Shown: positions 22,401 to 32,030 of the stretch, in pieces
Layout: each line of letters begins with the position of its first letter
How positions within the stretch are numbered: the stretch's first letter is position 1
From: Bacteroidales bacterium
Lineage (GTDB): Bacteria; Bacteroidota; Bacteroidia; Bacteroidales; JAFGUD01
Assembly: GCA_016938685.1 (NCBI GenBank)
Contig: JAFGUD010000262.1
Coordinates: forward strand, 51-64,050
Length of the DNA stretch: 64,000 bases
Reading direction: 5' to 3'
Notes under the pieces: generated by a model
Seen by the model: the letters and a program-made list of their open reading frames with translations, nothing else
The model's database searches: none
Told to the model about the DNA's origin: nothing
Made by a program: the position numbers and the translations under genes

Positions 22401-22637
22401 CTTAGAGATGTTTCTATTTCTGTTAATGTTCCAAATAAATGGTTACAAAAATCTCCGTTTGGTATGGTAAGCGTAGGATTTGTAGGTAATAATTTATTGT
22501 TATGGACTCCTGCTACAAATAATTTTATTGATCCTGAGTTAACAACATACGGTAACGATTTGTATGCTGAATTCGGAGAGTTTGGTGCTACTCCTTCTGT
22601 TAGAACTCTCGGGTTTAGTTTAACAGTTAAATTTTAA
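19422..22637 (+). CDS. SusC/RagA family TonB-dependent transporter
   Basis: [34 protein letters not shown] plug signature, [9 protein letters not shown], C-terminal VKF. Confidence 0.96.
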   Translation: [1071 protein letters not shown]

Positions 22638-22709
22638 TCATTAAATGAAAATTATTTCAAATTCTGTAAGTAATTATTTGTTTACACAGTATTTTATAAA
22701 ATAATAAAT

Positions 22710-24257
22710 ATGAAAAAATTAATAATTTTAATATTTGTAACAGCTGTCATCTTTTCAGTTAGTTGCAAAAAGTTTTTAGATGTAAATCATGATCCTAATA
22801 ATCTGGAACCAGAATATGTTTCTGTAGACTTGGTATTTCCAGCTGCTGTGGAAAATTCTGCCAGTATTATAGGTAGTTATGGATTGATGGTTGGTGAAAT
22901 ATGGTCGCAACACTGGACGTCTGATGCTAACGCTCCTCAGTACCAATCTGAGGATAGTTATCAGGTTACTGCTGGTGATTACAATTATGATATTGGTTTA
23001 TGGTCCAGTTTATATGCAGGTGCATTGAAAGACTATGAATTTATCAGAGAAAAATGTTTAGTTGATAGCAATTGGACTTATTATCTTATGGCTACTACAA
23101 TGCAGTGTTATACTTTTCAGTTGTTAGCTGATTTCTTTGATCAAATACCTGTTACAGAAGCTTTAAAAGGTGTAGATAATCCTATTTATAACTCTGGACA
23201 AGAGGTTTATGATATATTGAATGAAAGATTAAACTTTGCATTAGCTCAAAATCTTGACGCAGCTACTTGCTTAGTTCCTGGTAAAGATGATTTAGTTTTT
23301 CAGGGAGAAATGGGTAATTGGATTGCTTTTGCTAATACTCTAAAATTAAAAATGTTTTTGAGACAGGTTTATGTTTCTGGAAATCATGCTGTTGATAGTA
23401 TTTCTGCTTTAGTTAATAGTGGCGTTGATTTTATTACAATTGATGCTACTTTTACTGATTTTGTTGATGAATCAGGTAGGGACAACTATATGTACGCAAT
23501 GGAATTTAGAGGTGGAAATATGAATATGAGAGCTAGTAAAACATTGCTAGATTTCTTAGTTGAAAAAGGTGATAATAGATATGAATATATCTTCAAGCCG
23601 GCTAACAGTGCTGGCGATTATAACGGTATGTATCAAGGAGATTACAGAAACGAATATTCTTATGTAGGTGACGATAGCCCTGATTTATCAAGTCCAAGAA
23701 TTATTTCTTCAATGCCTATGTATTTTATGTCGGCATCTGAAAGTTATTTCTTACAAGCAGAAGCTGCTTTGAGAATAGGCAGTGGAATGGATTCAATGTA
23801 TTATACATTAGGTATTTTAGCTGATATTAACAGATTGGAAAGTACATTTATGCCGACAGATGCTAACCTAGATAATATTGATGTTGATACAATATTAAAT
23901 TTTTATGCACAATATGATATTTCAGCTAGTTTTGAAAGTAAACTGGAGAAAATTATTGTTCAAAAATGGGTTGCTTTAGCTAATATAGGTGGTTTTGAAA
24001 CATTTTTTGAGCATAATAGAACAGGATATCCAAGAGAAAGTTCTTTAAGTCCTTCGGAAAGTAATTTTGCTACTGACTATGTAAAAGGAAGCTGGATTGT
24101 TTCACTTACTGGGGTACTTTCTCCTCCTGTTCGATATCCAAAAAGACTTATTTATACTAGTAATGAGCAGAGTAAAAATATTAACACACCAGCAGTAGAA
24201 CCACTTAATAGTCCTATTTGGTGGGATCAAAAGGAGTATCCTTATGTTTATGAATAG
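22710..24257 (+). CDS. SusD/RagB family lipoprotein
   Basis: Lipobox SVSC, LDVNHDPNN, WIAFANTLKLK, QKWVAL, RTGYP. Confidence 0.94.
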   Translation: MKKLIILIFVTAVIFSVSCKKFLDVNHDPNNLEPEYVSVDLVFPAAVENSASIIGSYGLMVGEIWSQHWTSDANAPQYQSEDSYQVTAGDYNYDIGLWSSLYAGALKDYEFIREKCLVDSNWTYYLMATTMQCYTFQLLADFFDQIPVTEALKGVDNPIYNSGQEVYDILNERLNFALAQNLDAATCLVPGKDDLVFQGEMGNWIAFANTLKLKMFLRQVYVSGNHAVDSISALVNSGVDFITIDATFTDFVDESGRDNYMYAMEFRGGNMNMRASKTLLDFLVEKGDNRYEYIFKPANSAGDYNGMYQGDYRNEYSYVGDDSPDLSSPRIISSMPMYFMSASESYFLQAEAALRIGSGMDSMYYTLGILADINRLESTFMPTDANLDNIDVDTILNFYAQYDISASFESKLEKIIVQKWVALANIGGFETFFEHNRTGYPRESSLSPSESNFATDYVKGSWIVSLTGVLSPPVRYPKRLIYTSNEQSKNINTPAVEPLNSPIWWDQKEYPYVYE

Positions 24258-24279
24258 TAAAATTTTAAAAAATAAAAAT

Positions 24280-24954
24280 ATGAGTAAAATTACATATATA
24301 ATATTAGTCTTTATATTAGTTGGTTTAAATAGTTGTAATTTGTTTTATGATATTGATACAACTAATGTTTCTGTTGTCTCAACAAAACCTGTTATTCAAG
24401 TATTAGGAGATGAAATACAAAGTATTAAAGTTGGGGGGACTTATCAAGAGGAAGGATGTATTGTTTCTGTGACAGCTGACTCTACAGATTATCCGTATGA
24501 ATATATTGGTGCCCCTGATGTTAATACAGCTGGTTTTTATATTGTAACCTATACTGCTGTTAATGGTTTTGGTTGGAAATCAAGAGCATTTAGATCTATT
24601 TTAGTTCATGAAGGTAATAGTGGATATTCAGATGATATTGCTGGTAATTACGAGTCGGGTATAATCGAAGATTTAAAAAAACGTTCTTCAATATCAAAGT
24701 ATGACGTTGACGGCTTTTGGTATATTTCTGATGGCTATGGGCAATTAGGTACGAAACTCCCCATTATTTTTGCTGATAAGGGAGATGGTATTAATTATGG
24801 CATTGTACCAAATGATATTCCTGATTTTGGATTGGTTACAGGAACCGCTGTTCGAAATAGTCTAATGAATAGTTTTACATTTAGTCTACGGATCGAAATG
24901 TTGGATGGTAGTGTCTTAAATCAAAGTTTTATTTGGAAATTGAAATTAAATTAA
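24280..24954 (+). CDS. DUF5011/Ig-like lipoprotein (BT2262-like)
   Basis: Probable start at ATG 24280, lipobox LNSC, PVIQVLG...GGTYQEEG...DVNTAGFYIVTYTAVN pattern. Confidence 0.75.
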   Translation: MSKITYIILVFILVGLNSCNLFYDIDTTNVSVVSTKPVIQVLGDEIQSIKVGGTYQEEGCIVSVTADSTDYPYEYIGAPDVNTAGFYIVTYTAVNGFGWKSRAFRSILVHEGNSGYSDDIAGNYESGIIEDLKKRSSISKYDVDGFWYISDGYGQLGTKLPIIFADKGDGINYGIVPNDIPDFGLVTGTAVRNSLMNSFTFSLRIEMLDGSVLNQSFIWKLKLN

Positions 24955-24964
24955 AAATAATATT

Positions 24965-25540
24965 ATGAAATTATTTTATAAGCTTTTTGTAGCAACAATA
25001 GTTGTATTGACTTTTCAGTCTTGTGATTTTTATAGAGATTGGAATGAGTATGTCGACTATTCGGAAGCATATCCCATTTGTGGTGAGTATATGGTAAGAG
25101 ATTTCGAAAGCAATGATGATTTGCTTGCAGACGATCCTTACAATGATTGGTATCATATTTATATTTATAATAAATCATATAACCCTACACACGATTCTAT
25201 ATGGATTGATAATAGAACCGGACATCCAGTAACAGGACCGACGTATAACTTTAAGTATAAAATAAAATGTAAAGCAGATACTATTGCTTTAAGTTTTGAT
25301 ACAGATATGGCTGGTGATATTATTGGATATAATGTTAATCCTTTAGATACATGTGTTCATGTGACTATTGCTAATAGCAAAATATGGGACGTTTCTGATG
25401 ATATTTCCGACCCTACGCCGGATAGTATTTACTTTGAATTTACATATTATAATAAAGCTGGGACTAACCTAGGAACTTTCATTACAACCGGACATAGAAA
25501 AACTGGCTGGGAAGAAATTCAAAATGACGATAATATGTAA
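24965..25540 (+). CDS. Lipid-binding-domain-like lipoprotein (BT2261-like)
   Basis: Lipobox FQSC, GEY, IYN...SIWID, PDSIYF, GHRKTGW pattern; fourth gene of the SusC-SusD-Ig locus. Confidence 0.7.
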   Translation: MKLFYKLFVATIVVLTFQSCDFYRDWNEYVDYSEAYPICGEYMVRDFESNDDLLADDPYNDWYHIYIYNKSYNPTHDSIWIDNRTGHPVTGPTYNFKYKIKCKADTIALSFDTDMAGDIIGYNVNPLDTCVHVTIANSKIWDVSDDISDPTPDSIYFEFTYYNKAGTNLGTFITTGHRKTGWEEIQNDDNM

Positions 25541-25548
25541 TTAATTCT

Positions 25549-25628
25549 TAGACTATGATCTAAATTGTTCTAATTTTAGGTGCTTTTTAAATCTAAAACC
25601 AAGTAGATTATAGTTTATTATTTTTTTT
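25549..25628 (+). terminator. Long imperfect stem-loop with T tract after the second SusCD operon
   Basis: TAGACTATGATCTA pairs with TAGATTATAGTTTA (G-U allowed), with an inner TTTTAGG/TCTAAAA stem and then T8. Confidence 0.45.
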
Positions 25629-25674
25629 AACAATAATTTTATTGTATTTAATTTGTAAATTTAAAATTTTAATT

Positions 25675-27519
25675 ATGAAAAAAATTTTATTATCACTAAT
25701 TGCATTGTTTTTTGCAATTTCAGTGTTTGGACAAGGTGATGTGATTGAAAAAAATTACATTTATACTAAAGCTACTCCTAAGGTAGCTCCAACAAAAGTA
25801 AAAGTAGAAAAGTTAGTTATGGGTAAAAATTATGATCTTATTGGACAGACTAATTATGACCTTCAAACTAATGCATCTTCTGCTCAACGTTTGGTTTGTT
25901 ATCCAGATGGTAAAATGTCTGCTGTTTGGATTCAATATCAAGGATCTAGCGTTCTTACTGCTCCTGATAGAGGAACTGGTTATGCGCATTATGATGGTAC
26001 AGAATGGGTTTTTGATGAAACTAGTGGAAATCAAAGATTAGAAGGTACTCAAAGAGCAGGTTGGGGTACTCTTATGACAAATGGTACTGAAGAAATGAAT
26101 ATCAGCCATATTTCATCTAGCAATGGTTTATTTTGTATGAGCCAAACTGTTGGTTCTGCCGGTTCATCTTGGTCTCGTTCTGATATTACCAGCGGTACAG
26201 AACCAATGTTGTGGCCTTGTACTGCATCATCAGGCGACAATTATTATGCAATTGCTGTTGATGATTATACTGCAAATTCTTCAGACATAGAAGGTTTACA
26301 TTTTTATCGTTCTCCTGATGCTGGTGCAAATTGGTCTTATGAAGGTATTCTTCCTGAATTTTCAACTCATTTTGCACATGCCGGTGGGGACAATTATTCT
26401 ATAGATGCCAGAGATGATATTGTTGCTATTGTTTATATGGGAGCATATAATGATGCTATCTTATGGAAGTCAACTGATAATGGTGATAATTGGGATATTA
26501 CAGTTATTGGCGATATGCCTGATGATGGATATAATAATTTTGGAGCAATATATGATCATAATAGTAATTCGGTTGCTGATACTATTATTTCAACTGATGG
26601 TTCATGTGATGTTGTTATTGATTCAGATGGTTTAGTACATGTTGTTTTCTCTAAGGGAGGACATATTGACAATGAAAGTACTGGAGAAGGTGACGCAGGG
26701 TTTTATTTTTATTTATTATCAGATTGGGTTGTTTATTGGAATGAAAGTTACGGAGAAGCAACTTGGAATGAAAGTTTATTTGATGGTGACAGACTAGAAA
26801 TGGCGTTTAATAATCTAGATACAATTGGATACAGTTTTGACTTAGATGGTAATGACACTATTTGGAATTTTGCTGCATTCGCTCCTAATGGAACTTCAAT
26901 TTCATCATTAAGTAGTATTGCTTCAAGTGACGATGGTTATATATTTGTTGCTTTTCAAACTGTAATGGATGGAGACAATTATGTTAATCCTAATGCGACT
27001 CCTGAACCTGAATCATTTAGGGGAGTTTTTATTTTAACAAGAACTCCTGAGGGAGAATGGCTTGATCCATTTTTAGTGTCTGATAATTCAGGAGAGTGGG
27101 TTTTTCCAAATCTAGCTAAAAATATAGTTGATGGCAAGGTGAGATTAATTACTCAGTATGACAATGAGCCTGGAACTTATATGGACACAAGAAATGACCC
27201 AGAACCAGATCCTATTACTGATAATTATATTATTTACATTGAAATTCCAGTTACTACTTTAACAGGTGTTAAAGAAATTTCTGCAAACCAATTAAACATT
27301 AATGTTTATCCTAATCCTGCTACTGATTTTGTTACTGTTGAAAATGTAGAAGGTGCTACAATATCTGTATACAATACTTTAGGTTCTCTTGTTGAAACTA
27401 TTGTTGCAGATGGTAATACAACTACTATTGATATGGCTAACTACGCAGCTGGAACTTATATTTTAAAAGTTGCTTCTGAAAGTGGAGTTGGCTCTGCTAA
27501 AATTGTTAAAATCAAATAA
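25675..27519 (+). CDS. T9SS type A-sorted protein with Asp-box (BNR) repeats
   Basis: Start at ATG 25675 with signal peptide; YRSPDAGANW and WKSTDNGDNW Asp boxes; C-terminal VYPNPA...GTYILK...KIVK. Confidence 0.9.
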   Translation: MKKILLSLIALFFAISVFGQGDVIEKNYIYTKATPKVAPTKVKVEKLVMGKNYDLIGQTNYDLQTNASSAQRLVCYPDGKMSAVWIQYQGSSVLTAPDRGTGYAHYDGTEWVFDETSGNQRLEGTQRAGWGTLMTNGTEEMNISHISSSNGLFCMSQTVGSAGSSWSRSDITSGTEPMLWPCTASSGDNYYAIAVDDYTANSSDIEGLHFYRSPDAGANWSYEGILPEFSTHFAHAGGDNYSIDARDDIVAIVYMGAYNDAILWKSTDNGDNWDITVIGDMPDDGYNNFGAIYDHNSNSVADTIISTDGSCDVVIDSDGLVHVVFSKGGHIDNESTGEGDAGFYFYLLSDWVVYWNESYGEATWNESLFDGDRLEMAFNNLDTIGYSFDLDGNDTIWNFAAFAPNGTSISSLSSIASSDDGYIFVAFQTVMDGDNYVNPNATPEPESFRGVFILTRTPEGEWLDPFLVSDNSGEWVFPNLAKNIVDGKVRLITQYDNEPGTYMDTRNDPEPDPITDNYIIYIEIPVTTLTGVKEISANQLNINVYPNPATDFVTVENVEGATISVYNTLGSLVETIVADGNTTTIDMANYAAGTYILKVASESGVGSAKIVKIK

Positions 27520-27540
27520 TTTTTAACTTATTTATACTTT

Positions 27541-27577
27541 AAAAAGCTTATTCTATACTTAGGATAAGCTTTTTTTT
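27541..27577 (+). terminator. Intrinsic terminator
   Basis: AAAAAGCTTATTCTA / TAGGATAAGCTTTTT stem and T tract. Confidence 0.8.
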
Positions 27578-27602
27578 ATCTTTGCATAAATTTATTTTAA
27601 AG

Positions 27603-28877
27603 ATGATTAATATTGATAGAAGTTTTCCTCCCAATTTTGAGGTTGTGAAAAATATAAAAATTCCTGAAATTGAAGTAGAAGTTCTCGAAAATGGAGTACC
27701 GGTTTATTTTGTGAAAACAAATAATACCGAAATTTCTGAAGTGATTTTTAATTTTGATGCAGGTATTTGGAATCAACCCAATTTACTTGTTGCCTCAATG
27801 ACGCGTAGTTTAATTTCCGAAGGTACTACTTTTCATAGTTCCAAAGAAATTGCTGATATTTTTGATTTTTACGGGGCACATTTTAATACTTCTTCCGGAA
27901 TGCATGCTTCTTCTGCAAAGTTGATGACTTTAAATAAATATTTACCGCAACTAATGGAGTTGGTTGCTGAAATTTTTAAACATGCTACTTTCCCTAAAAA
28001 AGAATTTAAAATTGCTAAGAAGAAAAATAAACAACAATTAATAATTGACCTTGAGGAAGAAGATGTAATAGCTAGAAATGAAATTGAAAAAGCTATGTTT
28101 GGCGAAAATTACCCTTATGGATGGTCTGCTACTCCTGACGATTACGATTTGTTGAATAGAGATGTTCTGTTAGATTTTTTTACAAAAAACTACGTTGCCG
28201 ATAACCTTAAAATAATAGTTGCTTCTAATAAAAAACAACAAATAATTGAGCTTTTAAATAAATATTTTCTCGATTTTAGAAAAGGGATTATTGAACCTGA
28301 TTTCTCTCATTATAAACAACAAATAGGAAATAAATATCAATTATTTGAGCGTGAAGATGCTTTGCAAAGTGCAGTTAGGGTAGGGTGGAAGATGTTTGAA
28401 CGGAAAAATCCGGATAATTTAGACATGACTATCTTGGAAACACTGCTAGGAGGCTATTTTGGTTCTCGTCTAATGCAAAATATCAGACAAAAGAAAGGTT
28501 ATACATATTCTATTTATACTGCTCTTATTTTATACAAATATGATGGGTCTCTTCAAATTGTTTCAGAAGTGAAAAAAGAAAATAAACATCATGTTGTTGA
28601 GGAAATAAAAAATGAAGTTCTAAGACTACAAAATGAGTTAGTTGGCGACGAAGAGTTGATAAATTTGCAAAATTATATGATGGGAACTTTGTTGCAAGGA
28701 TTAGATGGAAATTTTACTTTTGCCCGAACTTTACATTCATTTTTAGTATATGACCTTGGCTTTGATTATATTCAAAGATATGCTAAAAGGGTGCAGGAAA
28801 TGACCCCTGAGCGACTACAGGAATTAGCAAAAAAATATCTTAATTTAGATGAAATGTATACTGTAATAGTTGGATAA
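27603..28877 (+). CDS. M16 family peptidase-like protein, probably a non-catalytic subunit
   Basis: LENGVPV, LISEGT, LGGYFGSRLMQNIRQKKGYTY; no HXXEH motif; probable start at ATG 27603. Confidence 0.88.
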   Translation: MINIDRSFPPNFEVVKNIKIPEIEVEVLENGVPVYFVKTNNTEISEVIFNFDAGIWNQPNLLVASMTRSLISEGTTFHSSKEIADIFDFYGAHFNTSSGMHASSAKLMTLNKYLPQLMELVAEIFKHATFPKKEFKIAKKKNKQQLIIDLEEEDVIARNEIEKAMFGENYPYGWSATPDDYDLLNRDVLLDFFTKNYVADNLKIIVASNKKQQIIELLNKYFLDFRKGIIEPDFSHYKQQIGNKYQLFEREDALQSAVRVGWKMFERKNPDNLDMTILETLLGGYFGSRLMQNIRQKKGYTYSIYTALILYKYDGSLQIVSEVKKENKHHVVEEIKNEVLRLQNELVGDEELINLQNYMMGTLLQGLDGNFTFARTLHSFLVYDLGFDYIQRYAKRVQEMTPERLQELAKKYLNLDEMYTVIVG

Positions 28878-28879
28878 TT

Positions 28880-29302
28880 ATGGCTTTTAAAAGATTTTTA
28901 TTTTTATTGGATGGATTTCTTCTAGGTATTGGTGGTTTTCATGTTTTTGCAAAAACTTTACAATGGACTGAAAATTTTAAAGAAACTCAAATTGTGTTTT
29001 TAGCTATTATTGGTCTTTTATTGGGTTTTGTTAAATTTAGATTTGTTTTTTTGAAATTTAATAGAAGAAATATCCTTCGTATTTTAAGTAAAAATAATAT
29101 TAAAGTCTGGCAATGCTTCACAATAAGAGATTTTATTGTAATAATTCTTATGATTTTGCTTGGTATTAGTTTGAGAATGGTTTTCAAATTACCTTATATA
29201 GCTCTCATTCCTATTTATTTCGGAATTTCTGTTGGGCTTGGATTGTCATTTTTTCAATATTTATTTGCAGCTATACAACCTGCAAAGTATAGTAAAACGT
29301 AG
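28880..29302 (+). CDS. Hypothetical four-TM membrane protein
   Basis: 140-aa ORF starting 2 nt after the upstream stop, with four hydrophobic segments. Confidence 0.7.
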   Translation: MAFKRFLFLLDGFLLGIGGFHVFAKTLQWTENFKETQIVFLAIIGLLLGFVKFRFVFLKFNRRNILRILSKNNIKVWQCFTIRDFIVIILMILLGISLRMVFKLPYIALIPIYFGISVGLGLSFFQYLFAAIQPAKYSKT

Positions 29303-29409
29303 TCAAATTATCTTTTTTATTTAATTTTTTTGTGTATTTTAGCAAAGCAATACTAAATGTTTTTTTGTGTATTGCTTTATGCTTTAAAATTTGATTTTAA
29401 TTATAATTT

Positions 29410-31077
29410 ATGGATAATTTTGTGAAAGTAACTTGTTTAAATAATCGTTTATCAAAGGATTATAAATTAGGTACTTCTTTGGCTGAAATAGCAAAGGATA
29501 TGGGGGTAGAAACCAAATACCCAATCTTGGGAGCTCGTATTAATAATAAACTTTCGGAGTTGTCTTATTTGGTTTATAACCCAAAATTTATTGAATTTAT
29601 TGATATTTCAAATATAGATGGTTATAGAATGTATCAACGTTCTTTATCTTTTGTTCTTATGAAAGCAACAAGGGATACTTTTCCTGATGCTCAACTTAAA
29701 ATTGAACATTCTATTTCTAAAGGATTTTATTGTGTTCTGGAAAAAGAAACAAAATTATTGCCCGAAGATGTTTTGAAAATTGCTGAAAGAATGCGACAAA
29801 TAGTTAAAAGTGACTTACCTTTTAAACGAAATCAAATTCCTACAGAAGATGCAATTGAAAAGTTTCGAGAATTTAATCTGCTCGAAAAAGTTAAACTTTT
29901 TGAAACTAGACCAACTTTGTTTACTTCGGTTTATAGCCTTGATAATCAGATAGATTATTTTCATGGTTTTCTTGTTCCCTCAACCGGATATTTGAAAATT
30001 TTTGATTTAATTCCTTATTATGATGGGATGTTATTGCGCTTTCCGTCACCAAATAATCCGGAAGAACTTGGAGAGGTTATCGAACAACAAAAACTTTTCG
30101 AAATTTTTCAGGAATTTAAAGATTGGAGCGAAATACTTGGAGTTTCTACAATTGGAAGCATAAACGAAGCTGTTCAAAATGGCAGAGCAAGTGAACTTAT
30201 TAAAGTTTCAGAAGCACTGAATGAGAAAAAAGTTGCGCTTATTGCTGACGAAATTTGCGAAAGGAAAGATGTTAAACTTGTTCTTATTGCCGGTCCTTCG
30301 TCGTCAGGTAAAACTACTTTTTCTAAGCGATTAGCTATACAATTAAAGGTTCTTGGTATTAATTCATTGCCTGTTTCCATTGATAATTTTTTTGTAAATA
30401 GAGAAGATACTCCAAAAGACGAAAATGGTGAATATGATTATGAATCTTTATATGCGCTAGATTTAGATGTGTTTAACACAACAATGAATAATCTTATTGA
30501 AGGCAAACCAACAGTTATTCCGGGTTTTGATTTCCATTCCGGTCAAAGAGTATTTAAAAACACAGAGTCTGTTATTTTGCCTGAAAAATCAGTACTCATT
30601 GTAGAAGGAATTCATGGTTTAAATCCAAAATTATCTGAACATATTGATTCTAAATTAATATTTAAAGTATACGTTTCAGCTTTAACTCAACTTGGAATTG
30701 ATTGGCATAATAGAATTCCATCAACTGATAATAGATTAATTCGTAGGTTAGTTCGAGATTTTCAGTACCGAGGTTATAGTCCTGTAGATACTCTTAAAAG
30801 ATGGCCAAGTGTTAGAAGTGGCGAGGATAAAAATATTTTCCCTTTCCAGGAGGAAGCAAATGTTATGTTTAATTCAGCATTGCTGTACGAACTTGGAATT
30901 TTGAAAAAATATGCTGAACCTTTGCTTAAAAAAGTACCTGAAAATGTACCTGAGTTTTCTGAAGCTAAACGTTTACTGAAATTTTTGTCTTATTTTGTTG
31001 ACATCGAAGAAGATGAAGAAATTCCTCCTACTTCAATTTTACGTGAATTTTTACATGGAAGTTCGTTTCATTATTAA
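29410..31077 (+). CDS. Nucleoside (uridine) kinase with a ThrRS-like N-terminal region
   Basis: TGS/ThrRS-like N-terminus (EHSISKGFY), P-loop AGPSSSGKTT, IVEGIHGLN, RRLVRD, IFPFQE. Confidence 0.9.
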   Translation: MDNFVKVTCLNNRLSKDYKLGTSLAEIAKDMGVETKYPILGARINNKLSELSYLVYNPKFIEFIDISNIDGYRMYQRSLSFVLMKATRDTFPDAQLKIEHSISKGFYCVLEKETKLLPEDVLKIAERMRQIVKSDLPFKRNQIPTEDAIEKFREFNLLEKVKLFETRPTLFTSVYSLDNQIDYFHGFLVPSTGYLKIFDLIPYYDGMLLRFPSPNNPEELGEVIEQQKLFEIFQEFKDWSEILGVSTIGSINEAVQNGRASELIKVSEALNEKKVALIADEICERKDVKLVLIAGPSSSGKTTFSKRLAIQLKVLGINSLPVSIDNFFVNREDTPKDENGEYDYESLYALDLDVFNTTMNNLIEGKPTVIPGFDFHSGQRVFKNTESVILPEKSVLIVEGIHGLNPKLSEHIDSKLIFKVYVSALTQLGIDWHNRIPSTDNRLIRRLVRDFQYRGYSPVDTLKRWPSVRSGEDKNIFPFQEEANVMFNSALLYELGILKKYAEPLLKKVPENVPEFSEAKRLLKFLSYFVDIEEDEEIPPTSILREFLHGSSFHY

Positions 31078-31133
31078 TCTGATTTATCTTTTATTCTTCA
31101 ACTTTTAACTTTATAACCTTAAACTTATACAAA

Positions 31134-32030
31134 ATGACAGTCTTAGAAATAAAAAATCTCACAAAACGATACGGTAATATTCTTGCTGTTGATGATTTAA
31201 GTTTAAGTATAGAATCCGGTTCTGTTTTTGGAATACTTGGTCCAAATGGAAGTGGTAAATCTACTACTTTATCTGTGGTTTTGGGAATCGTTAATGCAAC
31301 ATCAGGAACTTTCAGTTGGTTTGGAAAACCAGATGGTGAATTTGTAAATAGACGTATTGGAGCCATCATAGAACAACCTAATTTTTATCCGTATTTAACT
31401 GCTATTCAGAATCTTAGAATAGTTGCCGAGATTAGAGACATGAACGGTGATATTGATGAAGAAATGAGAAGGGTGCTTGAAATTGTCGATTTATTGGAAC
31501 GTAAAGATCATAATTTTTCTACTTTTTCTTATGGAATGAAAACACGTCTTGCATTAGCTGCTTCATTGCTTGGAAATCCGGATATTTTAGTGCTTGATGA
31601 GCCAACAAATGGACTAGATCCCGAAGGTATTGCTTTTGTAAGAAATGTGATTCTGGACGAAGCAAAAAAAGGTAAGACTATCATTATTGCAAGTCATATT
31701 CTTGATGAAATAGAAAAAGTTTGTACTGATGTTTTAATCTTAAAAAATGGGAAGTTATTAGCTTGTGGTAAGGTTTCTGAGGTTTTGCAAAGTGATGCGA
31801 AAGTCTATATAAAATCGGATGATAATAAAAAATTACACGAAATATTAGTGCGAAATGAAATTATTGAAAGTGCTGATTTTGAAGAAGAAACTATGATTGT
31901 CAGGCTGAAAAAAGATGTAGATGTTCGCAAAATAAGTGAATTAGCAATGGACAATAGAATAGTTATTACAAATTTAGAACTCAAAAAGAAATCTTTGGAA
32001 GACGAGTTTTTAGAATTAGTAAAAAAATAG
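31134..32030 (+). CDS. ABC transporter ATP-binding protein (ABC-2 exporter type)
   Basis: GPNGSGKST, FSYGMK signature, LVLDEPTNGLD, SH motif. Confidence 0.93.
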   Translation: MTVLEIKNLTKRYGNILAVDDLSLSIESGSVFGILGPNGSGKSTTLSVVLGIVNATSGTFSWFGKPDGEFVNRRIGAIIEQPNFYPYLTAIQNLRIVAEIRDMNGDIDEEMRRVLEIVDLLERKDHNFSTFSYGMKTRLALAASLLGNPDILVLDEPTNGLDPEGIAFVRNVILDEAKKGKTIIIASHILDEIEKVCTDVLILKNGKLLACGKVSEVLQSDAKVYIKSDDNKKLHEILVRNEIIESADFEEETMIVRLKKDVDVRKISELAMDNRIVITNLELKKKSLEDEFLELVKK

